Positions 1 to 7,937 of a DNA stretch of 64,000 nt are shown here, in pieces. How positions within the stretch are numbered: position 1 is the first letter of the stretch; every line of letters begins with the position of its first letter. Origin of the DNA: a virus. Taxonomy: Duplodnaviria; Caudoviricetes. The notes under the pieces were generated by a model. The model was not told the DNA's origin, did not search any database, and saw only the letters and a program-made list of their open reading frames with translations. The stretch lies in the IMG/VR virus record IMGVR_UViG_3300032373_000001; one strand, written 5' to 3'. The position numbers and the translations under genes were made by a program.

Positions 1-348
1 ATCTCGCATCGGAGAGTGCCGCACCATCTGGCCCCAAGGACTGCCGTGGAGGCTCTTGAAATCCTTGGAACACAGCGGACATCCAACAGCTTGGAGCTCG
101 GCTGCTCGCTTCAGTCGCCTGCCGTTGAAGCAAAGATCACTCACCCGGAGCTGTATGCCAACGATGCTGCACATCGCCTCCAGTGCAGCTCCTCGGTTCT
201 TGCCGGTGCGGACCATGAAGTTCATCCCCACCCAGTGGCTCACTCGGGACTCGGGATGACCCAAAGAGCGAAGCAGTTCCTTAGCTTGGGCCTCCCCATC
301 ACGGGTTGCCAGCAGCTCCAGGAGCGCTTCGGGGTCGATCTCGGTCAT
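1..348 (-). CDS. hypothetical protein, partial (runs off window start)
   Basis: Manual translation from ATG at 348 (MTEIDPEALLELLATRDG...GCPLCSK...) stays open to position 1; not in supplied track. Confidence 0.6.
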   Translation of the reverse strand, partial: MTEIDPEALLELLATRDGEAQAKELLRSLGHPESRVSHWVGMNFMVRTGKNRGAALEAMCSIVGIQLRVSDLCFNGRRLKRAAELQAVGCPLCSKDFKSLHGSPWGQMVRHSPMRD

Positions 349-480
349 GTAAGATTCCCTGTAGGATTTCTACGGCCGTAGCTACGCGGGCTTGGTGAAG
401 TTCCATACCCCGCGCAGGATAAGTCGGAGGAGCTGACGATAGCCTTGCGGTCTGAGCAGCTTCAAAGAGGACCACCCTCT

Positions 481-960
481 TTACTTCCCCTGCTGGGACC
501 TGATCTGCTCCGCCCGACGACGGGCTTCGCGGAGCTCGCGCTGGGAGGTTTTGACTTGACCTTCCCAGTAGCTCACCGCATCCAGGGCCTGCTGCAGCTC
601 ATAGCTTTTATGGAGGTCCTCGGGCTTCTCAGCGACGGAGACCAGAGCAGCCAGGGAAGTCAGAGCAACCGCCCGAGAGGATTCCGACGCCTCGACCTCC
701 AGGACCTTCCAGTCATCGTCCACCATCTCCGGGAAGATCTCACTGCCCCACCAGCTCCGCAGATCCTCCTCCCCTTCCTTGGAGTAGAGGTTGAAGCCGA
801 TCGTGTGGTGCCGACCACCGCCCGTCGAGTAGGGGATAGCGATCACTCCCCAGGCGTCGAAGACCCCATACAGTGCACGCCACCGCCTCTTGTCGCGGTT
901 GTCGGTCCACCCCTCCGTAGTCGGGTCTCGCCAGCTGTCCCACTCCTCACTATTCTGCAC
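481..960 (-). CDS. hypothetical protein with C-terminal coiled coil
   Basis: Track ORF 481-1203; GTG at 960 overlapping the upstream stop is the likelier start. Confidence 0.65.
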   Translation of the reverse strand: MQNSEEWDSWRDPTTEGWTDNRDKRRWRALYGVFDAWGVIAIPYSTGGGRHHTIGFNLYSKEGEEDLRSWWGSEIFPEMVDDDWKVLEVEASESSRAVALTSLAALVSVAEKPEDLHKSYELQQALDAVSYWEGQVKTSQRELREARRRAEQIRSQQGK

Positions 961-1372
961 CACTCGCCTCCGGCAGCTGGAACTCGTATATGTGGGATCG
1001 AGAACTCTTCTTTCCATCGAAGGAGATCCAGGGGAGGCCGTCCCCAAGAGCACGGAGAACGGCCGACCGGATCGTGCTGGGGCTGTTCCCACCGCCGGCC
1101 CAGCCCAGCCTCTCGAGGACCCGAGAGATTTCCTTGAGGGTGAACCCTCCCACCAGCTCGCCTTCCTGGAGGGCGAAGTACATCCAGTCGATGCAGGTCG
1201 CACGGCGGGGTGGTCGGGGGAACCGGGTGAGAGGCTTCGCTCGATCGGACTCCACCGGCACAGCAGCCAGGATCCGAACCTCTTGACACAGGGGCAAGAG
1301 AAGCGCGACGACTTCTTCGAGAGACCCCTGGGGCACGTCCAACTCTACGGTCACTACCATCACTTCACCCAC
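950..1372 (-). CDS. putative winged-helix DNA-binding protein
   Basis: FTLKEISRVLERLGW..NSPSTIRSAVLR followed by a beta-wing resembles wHTH (HARE-HTH-like); overlaps neighbours in operon. Confidence 0.45.
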   Translation of the reverse strand: MGEVMVVTVELDVPQGSLEEVVALLLPLCQEVRILAAVPVESDRAKPLTRFPRPPRRATCIDWMYFALQEGELVGGFTLKEISRVLERLGWAGGGNSPSTIRSAVLRALGDGLPWISFDGKKSSRSHIYEFQLPEASGAE

Positions 1373-1854
1373 TTGTTAGGGAAGCAGAGCGCGCACCCCT
1401 GCTGATGACCCCGAGAAGCGCGCACCCCTGTTGCGTCTGCCCTTACCTGGAGGGAGGTCCACCGCTGCTCGATCTCCCAGGATGGCTTCAAAGCCTGATC
1501 TGGGTCCCTATTCAAGAACCGTTCCGCTGCCCAGAGCCGACCCAAGGGGGAGGGGGAGGGGTCGGTGCTGCCAGCGATCCCTCCCAACCAGCCCAGCCAA
1601 CGAGACCCCCCCTTGTGCCCCAACATCCAATGCGGTGCCTGGATGAACCAAGGCCGGTTGAGCCAAGAGCCCTGCGAGGAGTGGACCAAGAAGGGCACTC
1701 GACCCACTCCCATCACCCAGCGCAACTCCTCTGCCTGATCGTAGACTCGTGGGTCGAACACTCCATCGACCCACGCTGATGCGTAGAGGTCTCTCAGCGA
1801 CTGAAGCTCAGAGGTCGCGCCATAGGGGTCGCGGTCCTCGCAGTGGGTCACCAC
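1360..1854 (-). CDS. hypothetical protein
   Basis: ORF tiles the minus-strand operon with short overlaps. Confidence 0.6.
   Translation of the reverse strand: MVTHCEDRDPYGATSELQSLRDLYASAWVDGVFDPRVYDQAEELRWVMGVGRVPFLVHSSQGSWLNRPWFIQAPHWMLGHKGGSRWLGWLGGIAGSTDPSPSPLGRLWAAERFLNRDPDQALKPSWEIEQRWTSLQVRADATGVRASRGHQQGCALCFPNKWVK
1388..1430. repeat. 14-bp direct repeat AGCGCGCACCCCTG x2
   Basis: Exact copies at 1388-1401 and 1417-1430, 29-nt period. Confidence 0.85.
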
Positions 1855-2258
1855 GTGGGGTCCGCCGCCAAGAACTTCTCCAGGTCGATCACGCCCATGA
1901 CCATCTCGGTCTCACACCCATGAAAGTTGAGGCTGAAGTCGGCCTCGGCCTCGGCTGCTTCCTCCGTGGGGTAGACCTTGGCCTTGGACGGGTCCGTGTT
2001 CTCGCACCCGTCCACATCGATGATGCCGGTGGTCTGGTCCAGGATGGTTGTTCGGACCCACCCCTGAGCAGTCAGCCCCTGCTCCTCAAGCTCTTCCGAG
2101 ACGAAGAGGAAATTGAGCGCGTTCTTGGGGCTCCTCCACCAACAGCAAAAATGACAGAGACCGCTGGGGTGCCGAGAACCTTCGGCATACCCCTCGTGCT
2201 CCCAGCCATCACTCTGAAGGTCGGTGCAGTCGTCATCCTGGCAATAGTGCTTTTTCAT
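1848..2258 (-). CDS. hypothetical Cys/His-containing protein
   Basis: 136-aa ORF tiling the operon; YCQDDDC and LCHFCC motifs. Confidence 0.7.
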   Translation of the reverse strand: MKKHYCQDDDCTDLQSDGWEHEGYAEGSRHPSGLCHFCCWWRSPKNALNFLFVSEELEEQGLTAQGWVRTTILDQTTGIIDVDGCENTDPSKAKVYPTEEAAEAEADFSLNFHGCETEMVMGVIDLEKFLAADPTW

Positions 2259-2267
2259 GCCCCAAAC

Positions 2268-2996
2268 TTACCGGGGGACCCCAAGGAAGGACCGCAGGAC
2301 CTTGGGTCGACCCAAGGTGAAGGCGCGGTCAGGGCCGGATACGCTGATCAGCACTTCACGGGGAGGCACAACATGAGGAAGGGTGTCCGGAGAGAAGACT
2401 GTACCAAGCTGGACATGCATGCCCCGACTTGGGTACATCTCCCGTGCAGGACCAGTCCTTCCCCTCAATGCCTGCCAGCAGCACCGAAGGTCCTCTTCGG
2501 TGTAGACCTCGTCATGAATGTTGTAGAGGCGGGCAAGAACCTGCCAATTGCCCGCCTCAAGCTGGATGCCCGAAGAGACCAAGAGCTCCCGGCCTTGGTC
2601 TCGATGTTGACGTTCTTTGTGCGTCAGGAGCCCCAGCACCGCACTTGGTGGGGCATCTTCCTCGACCCATCCCGGCATGACCGCTGGAAGGATAACTGCC
2701 GACCGAGCAAGCCGGATTCGGGGCAACTCCCCCATTCCCAAGAGACGCAGACACTGCCGACACTTCCCCTGCTCAGGCTTCGGGACGTAGGCATTTTGGG
2801 CGTACTGGGCAGAGGGGCACGCGAACCGAATACGATTCGAATCTGAGACGACCAGGTGCTTCTTGGTCCTACGCAGTCCTCCCTGAAGGCTCATCCACGC
2901 TGCTTGGACCAACCGCCTGTCCCGGAGGTGCTGGTGCCAATCCGCTTCCCTGCGGAAGGTCTGAAGGTCCGGCCCATTCACAAGACAGTCTGCCAT
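2268..2996 (-). CDS. hypothetical protein
   Basis: Track ORF 2268-3323; ATG at 2996 (MADCLVNG) just after upstream stop at 3002. Confidence 0.7.
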   Translation of the reverse strand: MADCLVNGPDLQTFRREADWHQHLRDRRLVQAAWMSLQGGLRRTKKHLVVSDSNRIRFACPSAQYAQNAYVPKPEQGKCRQCLRLLGMGELPRIRLARSAVILPAVMPGWVEEDAPPSAVLGLLTHKERQHRDQGRELLVSSGIQLEAGNWQVLARLYNIHDEVYTEEDLRCCWQALRGRTGPAREMYPSRGMHVQLGTVFSPDTLPHVVPPREVLISVSGPDRAFTLGRPKVLRSFLGVPR

Positions 2997-3001
2997 GAGG
3001 G

Positions 3002-3457
3002 TCAGTCCACGTTGTAATTGACGGCCACGTTGTAGTTGACTGCGTAACCCCAGTTCTCCAGGAACTCGTTGACCCGCTCGATGACTTCCTCCGCCGCCTC
3101 GTAGTCCTGACCGTAGCGCCGATAGAAGTCCTCGACGTGGAGCGATGCTGCCTGATCCACCGTGTAGGCTCCGAGCGCTTTCAGGACATCGTACAGGTCC
3201 TCGTCCAGACAGTACAGGCCCCGCGCTTCCACGTAGGGGGCCAAGGCCCCGCGCAACTCTTCCACCTCCAGGGCCACCCGGACCACCAGGGAGGACTCCC
3301 ATGCGTAACCACACTCGGGGCACGTCAGCCCCAGGTCAACGTAGGTCTCACCGCCCTGAAACGCGAACGTCTCAGGCCTGGTGATCTCGTACTCGGAGGA
3401 GCACTTGGGGCACTCACCCTCGTGGGTGAATTCAGAAATGGTGTGGGTCCCTTTCAC
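3002..3457 (-). CDS. Zn-ribbon plus NusA acidic-repeat-like helix-hairpin-helix protein
   Basis: CPKC and CPEC pairs; C-terminal LDEDLYDVLKALGAYTVDQAA..GQD..AEEVIERV fits NusA AR / alpha-CTD HhH pattern. Confidence 0.55.
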   Translation of the reverse strand: MKGTHTISEFTHEGECPKCSSEYEITRPETFAFQGGETYVDLGLTCPECGYAWESSLVVRVALEVEELRGALAPYVEARGLYCLDEDLYDVLKALGAYTVDQAASLHVEDFYRRYGQDYEAAEEVIERVNEFLENWGYAVNYNVAVNYNVD

Positions 3458-3987
3458 GACGTCCGATCCTTACGTTTGTGGGCGGGACACTTCGGACCGC
3501 CCTTGTTGTGGCGGCAGTCATTACCCCAACCCCCAAGGTAGAAGCCGGTCTTGGGGTCTACGCAGTAGCCGCCGAAGCCCATGTAGTTTGAGGCACTCTT
3601 AGCCTCAGTGCGCCAGAGGGCTTCAGGTACTGGTGTCCGGTACTTCTCCGACTGATGCGCCCAGTCGGGGTGAGGAAAGCCGGTCTTACAGTACCGACAG
3701 GTCTCCGCAGTGCAGAGCACTGTCTGGTGCGGAGACGCCACCGTAGGGTCCCGGAGAGCCCTCAGCTGCTTCTTGTTGCACTCCTCCTCGGTGAGGGGCA
3801 CATGCTGGTAGTTGGAGTGACCGCACTCCAAGACCTGCACCGGGTTCTCAGGGGTCGGCTTCTTTTTGGGGGTTGGAGGCTTCTTAGCAGGTGCGGCTTT
3901 CTTCTTCGGAGGGGGCTTCTTGTTCTTCTTGGGTGTAGGCTTCTGGTAGCCTGCCCAGTCCTCGATCATGTCGAAGATGTCAGCCAT
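3454..3987 (-). CDS. hypothetical Lys/Pro-rich, Cys/His-rich protein
   Basis: KKPPPKKK low-complexity N-terminus; CRYC and C..H..C..H motifs. Confidence 0.7.
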   Translation of the reverse strand: MADIFDMIEDWAGYQKPTPKKNKKPPPKKKAAPAKKPPTPKKKPTPENPVQVLECGHSNYQHVPLTEEECNKKQLRALRDPTVASPHQTVLCTAETCRYCKTGFPHPDWAHQSEKYRTPVPEALWRTEAKSASNYMGFGGYCVDPKTGFYLGGWGNDCRHNKGGPKCPAHKRKDRTS

Positions 3988-4080
3988 CCTGACTTCCCCC
4001 CAGAGCCTGCCCGGTCTCTGCCAGGACCTGATCCACCGTGGGGTGGCCGTCGTTGAGCTGGCCTCCGTTCTCCGCGTGCC

Positions 4081-4587
4081 TCATGCGTCCTCCAGCGCCT
4101 TCATGAGCGTACCCTGCAGACCCAAGAGGGTGTCTCCGAGGGCGACCATCCGAGGATTCGGGCGAGCCCGCTTCCGGACTCGATAAAGCTCCTCCACTGC
4201 ATCCTCGGGCGAGCGATGCAGGGCCAAGAGAATGAGCGCTGCCGTCGTAGAGCGCGACACCCCGGCAGCGCAGTGGATCAGGGTGCGTCCCTTGAGGGAC
4301 CCGCCGAAATTGATGAGGCTCAGAATGTCCCGGCGAGTGGGCGGGCGAAGGGCACTATGCCCTTCCTCTGAGAGGTCATCGAACTCCAGCCGCAGCTTCG
4401 GTATGCGCAGGGCATTCCAGTGCTGCCACCCACCCGGGGGGGTGCCTACCTCTGGCGGAGTGCCGACTATAGAGATGATGGCGTCGAACGGGCCTTCGAC
4501 CTCTTCGTCCTCGTAGTCGTCCCAGGCGCTACCATGGAGAAGCACCTCTTCGCAAGTTTCGTGATCGGTGATGACGAGGCTTTCCAT
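4081..4587 (-). CDS. protein tyrosine / dual-specificity phosphatase (CX5R family)
   Basis: LIHCAAGVSRSTTAA signature; upstream LEFDD general-acid loop; RPNPRM. Confidence 0.9.
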   Translation of the reverse strand: MESLVITDHETCEEVLLHGSAWDDYEDEEVEGPFDAIISIVGTPPEVGTPPGGWQHWNALRIPKLRLEFDDLSEEGHSALRPPTRRDILSLINFGGSLKGRTLIHCAAGVSRSTTAALILLALHRSPEDAVEELYRVRKRARPNPRMVALGDTLLGLQGTLMKALEDA

Positions 4588-4609
4588 GCACCCCTTTTAC
4601 CGGACCCTG

Positions 4610-4646
4610 AAAAACGCAAAAAGCCCCCGGCGGAGATGCCGGGGGC
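4610..4646 (-). terminator. Rho-independent terminator
   Basis: Minus strand GCCCCCGGC-ATCTCC-GCCGGGGGC then TTTTTGCGTTTTT, about 20 nt after the stop at 4667. Confidence 0.85.
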
Positions 4647-4666
4647 CGTGTGGGTGGGGGTCTAAG

Positions 4667-5212
4667 CTACTTCTTCCAACAGAGTTCCGCGCAGTACATG
4701 TTGCCGCCGACCACCTTCCCAGTGCGGCGATCCTTGCGCTGCTTGGACTTGGCCTTGGGAGCACCGCACTTCGGGCAACGGTGCTCCCGCTTCGGGATGT
4801 CCGCGTAGGCTTCACGTGCCCGCCGGACGGTGCGTTCGACGATGCTTTCCACGGAACTGCCCGCACGGTTGATGCGGCGTTCCTTGAACACGCCGCGCTC
4901 CTCGCCGTTGTTCTTGGTGTAGACGACAATCACTCGAACGGCATCGCTGCCGACGCCGCGCGCTTCGAGGCTGCTGCCTCCTCGGGTCCGGACCGCCGAA
5001 GTGTAGACCCGAACCTTCATGCGGGGGACGGTTCGATGGGGGAACTCGAAGACCAACTCGTTGGTTTTCGGGAGGCGGACCTCCCGAAAACCTTTCGCGT
5101 AGAGGGTTTGGGTCAGGCCCCAAGCCAACGTCTCCCGGTGACCACGGTTCCGGGGATCGTATTTGACGGTCATGGCATGCTCCAGGATATGAGGGTGATA
5201 TCTCACCCTCAT
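4667..5212 (-). CDS. hypothetical protein with C-terminal Zn ribbon
   Basis: CPKCGAP...YCAELC. Confidence 0.75.
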   Translation of the reverse strand: MRVRYHPHILEHAMTVKYDPRNRGHRETLAWGLTQTLYAKGFREVRLPKTNELVFEFPHRTVPRMKVRVYTSAVRTRGGSSLEARGVGSDAVRVIVVYTKNNGEERGVFKERRINRAGSSVESIVERTVRRAREAYADIPKREHRCPKCGAPKAKSKQRKDRRTGKVVGGNMYCAELCWKK

Positions 5213-5236
5213 TACGGCACCCCTGCCGCCCCGAAA

Positions 5237-6640
5237 TCAACCCTTGAGGAGATTCGGGAATTTCAGCTCAGCACCGGCACCCAGGACCCGGTCGATGGCT
5301 GAACCCAGGGACAGGGGGGGCGGGAACGCGGTCGACCGATCCTCGACCGCGTTGACGATGCGGCTCATCTCGCCCTGGTCGACGGCAGTGTTCTGGAGGC
5401 GCTCGACCGAACACCTCAGGTCCTCCAGGTCTCGGAGGAGGAAGGCCATCTGATCCGAAACCTTGCCGGCGTCTGCATAGGGGGCTGGAACCGTGACCTG
5501 TTCTTCGACCAAGAGCTTGAGTCGTTCGAATGCCGCCCACAGCTCCTTGGGGTCCCCCGACTGCGATGCGTCGATCATCCCCGAGAGGCGCTGCTCGACC
5601 ATCTTGATGTTGGAGTTGGTCACCAGGGCAGTCGCCCTCGCCTGCTTTCGGACGAACTGCTCCAGCTCATCCACCTTGGTTGTGACCGCACGTCGGAGGG
5701 CGACGTTTTGCTGACGGAGCTGCTCTTGGCTCTCCAGGGCCTGATCCATGAGGTTGTGTGCGCGGGCGATCTGATCCATGAGACTGGTGTTCATGGCCCG
5801 GAGAGAGTCCAGTTGCTCCCCGTGCTTCTGGGCGCGAGCATCAGCCTCCCCCAGAGCTGCCTCCAACTTCTGGAGACGGGAGTCCTGGAAGGACTGAGCG
5901 GCAGGGGACTTTTCCGTTGCGGGAGGGGGGGACTCTTCGCTTGCCGGGACCGCCTCGTCCGGTTCCGGGGCAGGCTCGGAGGTCAGCGCTGCCGCCTGCT
6001 CTTTCGCGTGAAGTACCGGGACCATCGACAACCGCATGGTCCCGTAGTTGGTCTTCTTGCCGTAGATCTCAAAGTAGAGGCGCTCTGCGGTTTGTGTCCG
6101 GGGGTTATGACCCCCTTGAAGCATGCACCAGACAGCACCGAAGATGACCGGCCTGCTCTTGTACTGGCTGAGGAGCTCCCCCGCGAAGCTGTTCCGGAGG
6201 TCTGAGAGATGCACCGCCTTCTGAGCATCCCGGATCGCCTGCTCCTTGAGCCTCCGAGGGATGAGGGCGAAGTCCCGCGCTGCGATTCGCACGTTCTCCA
6301 TGAGGTACGGGTAGCTCCCCTTCTTGCGGACCCCGGAAGAGAGGTTGCGGTACAGCTCCTCGGGGTAGTCCACGCTCAAGGGTGCGTCGGTGACTGCGGA
6401 CAGCCCCTCCACTGCCTCTCCCACCGACTTGTAGTAGATCAGGCAATGGGAGCGAGACTCACCGCCCCACGCTCGTGCTGTCCGGTCTGTGATAGGGACC
6501 TGGGTCTTCACGAAGAGGACCTTGGCCCAAGGGGGGACCCTGGACACCCGAGGCCCCAAGACCACTGGGGTGTACCCCCGGTCCCGCAACACGGATGCCA
6601 GCTTCTCTGCGATGGAATCCCCGACCACTGCTACACGCAT
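5237..6640 (-). CDS. hypothetical coiled-coil protein
   Basis: AAGGAGG RBS; 467 aa; long heptad-rich C-terminal half. Confidence 0.8.
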   Translation of the reverse strand: MRVAVVGDSIAEKLASVLRDRGYTPVVLGPRVSRVPPWAKVLFVKTQVPITDRTARAWGGESRSHCLIYYKSVGEAVEGLSAVTDAPLSVDYPEELYRNLSSGVRKKGSYPYLMENVRIAARDFALIPRRLKEQAIRDAQKAVHLSDLRNSFAGELLSQYKSRPVIFGAVWCMLQGGHNPRTQTAERLYFEIYGKKTNYGTMRLSMVPVLHAKEQAAALTSEPAPEPDEAVPASEESPPPATEKSPAAQSFQDSRLQKLEAALGEADARAQKHGEQLDSLRAMNTSLMDQIARAHNLMDQALESQEQLRQQNVALRRAVTTKVDELEQFVRKQARATALVTNSNIKMVEQRLSGMIDASQSGDPKELWAAFERLKLLVEEQVTVPAPYADAGKVSDQMAFLLRDLEDLRCSVERLQNTAVDQGEMSRIVNAVEDRSTAFPPPLSLGSAIDRVLGAGAELKFPNLLKG

Positions 6641-6678
6641 TAAGCACCTCCTTTGGTTGGAGGCACTTACCGGGCAAG

Positions 6679-7767
6679 CTAATCTCGGTGCTTGGACTCC
6701 AGGCCCACCCGGTCCGCAACCCGGTGAAACAGTTTGCCGTGGGGGTCACCGCCGGGGCTCTTGAGGGCCAAGTGCAAAGCCTCGTGCAAGAGGACCTGAC
6801 GGAAGTACTCCTTCGACTTCATCGCCGAAGGGTTGATGCTGATGACCGCATAGGGGCGGCGATCAGTGGGGGGCTCTACCAGACCCACAGTCCCCGGTTT
6901 CAGCCGAATGGTGCTGAAGGCAATGGAATAGCTCCCTGGGGGGAATGAGGGCAGGTTGCCTGTCTCTTCGGCGACAGCTGCGCAGACCTCTGCCAACACC
7001 TTCTTGAAGGCTGGACGCAATAGCTTCTTGGTGTTTTCCCAACGCACCTTCTGCTCTCGATAAGCCTCACGCCAGGGGGAGCGATCGCCCTCGCCCCTGG
7101 ACCAAACATAGACCCGTTCCCAGTGATCTTCGATGAGGGAACCCTCCGATTGGAGCCCCTCCCCCAAAGGGGCGCGCCAGTTGCCCGAAGCATCCTCGGG
7201 GAAAACCGCCGTGGTCAAGGTCCAATACTCACCGTGAACGAAGAACCTGCTCTCCACCCGAACCACCTGGGGGAGCATCGGCGTCGGGACCTGAGCCGAC
7301 CAGCCCCCAAAGGTCAAGGATCCCTTCGCGGGACGCCAAATTGCCTTCTTGGTCACCGACGCCAGGGCGAACATGAAGCTCTCCAGCCCGTCCAACCGTC
7401 CCTTGTAATAGGTGCGCGGGGTCAACCAGTGCTGCAAGGCGCTCTGGACGCTGAGTGAGGTAGCCGTGGGTATCTGGACATCTTCCAGCACGCACCGCCC
7501 CACGAACACATCCTTGGGGGTGGCGATGACGTTCTTGCCGTCCAGCTCTAAGTCATAGCCAACCACCTCCCCATAGCGGCGGATGACGCCGACGATCTTG
7601 GCGTCCTTGCCCCGCAGGGGCAACAGCTCGCCTCCTGCAACAGGACTCACCTCCACAACCTTGCCGACCTCGGCTCCCTCTCGGGAGACATCCAGGTCCA
7701 GGTTGGCTTCAAGCGGGGACTTGCGGTCCCCCACGCTCACGGAGGAAGAAGTCTTGGAGGGGCTCAT
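6679..7767 (-). CDS. protein with C-terminal SprT-like zinc metalloprotease domain
   Basis: VLLHEALHL..PHGKLF (HExxH...HG..F) preceded by ISIN. Confidence 0.75.
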   Translation of the reverse strand: MSPSKTSSSVSVGDRKSPLEANLDLDVSREGAEVGKVVEVSPVAGGELLPLRGKDAKIVGVIRRYGEVVGYDLELDGKNVIATPKDVFVGRCVLEDVQIPTATSLSVQSALQHWLTPRTYYKGRLDGLESFMFALASVTKKAIWRPAKGSLTFGGWSAQVPTPMLPQVVRVESRFFVHGEYWTLTTAVFPEDASGNWRAPLGEGLQSEGSLIEDHWERVYVWSRGEGDRSPWREAYREQKVRWENTKKLLRPAFKKVLAEVCAAVAEETGNLPSFPPGSYSIAFSTIRLKPGTVGLVEPPTDRRPYAVISINPSAMKSKEYFRQVLLHEALHLALKSPGGDPHGKLFHRVADRVGLESKHRD

Positions 7768-7937
7768 TTCTTGCTCAGCTCTCTCGCACGTGCGACGACC
7801 TCCTCGTCCAAGAGGGTGTCGATTGCCGCTTCGATGGCGCGGCTCGTCGTGGTGCCCTGATGGCGATCCCCCGTCAGGACCTCCAGACGGTCGAAGATCT
7901 CATCGCGAAGGATCGCACGGAAGGTGGTGTTGCTCAT
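7764..7937 (-). CDS. small ribbon-helix-helix-like protein (57 aa)
   Basis: Manual translation MSNTTFRAILRDEIFDRLEVLTGDRHQGTTTSRAIEAAIDTLLDEEVVARARELSKK; start/stop overlaps at both ends; below track cut-off. Confidence 0.55.
   Translation of the reverse strand: MSNTTFRAILRDEIFDRLEVLTGDRHQGTTTSRAIEAAIDTLLDEEVVARARELSKK

Noticed and set aside
3010-3045. VNYNVA/VNYNVD short repeat
   Set aside because: Small in-frame duplication at a C-terminus with no evident function
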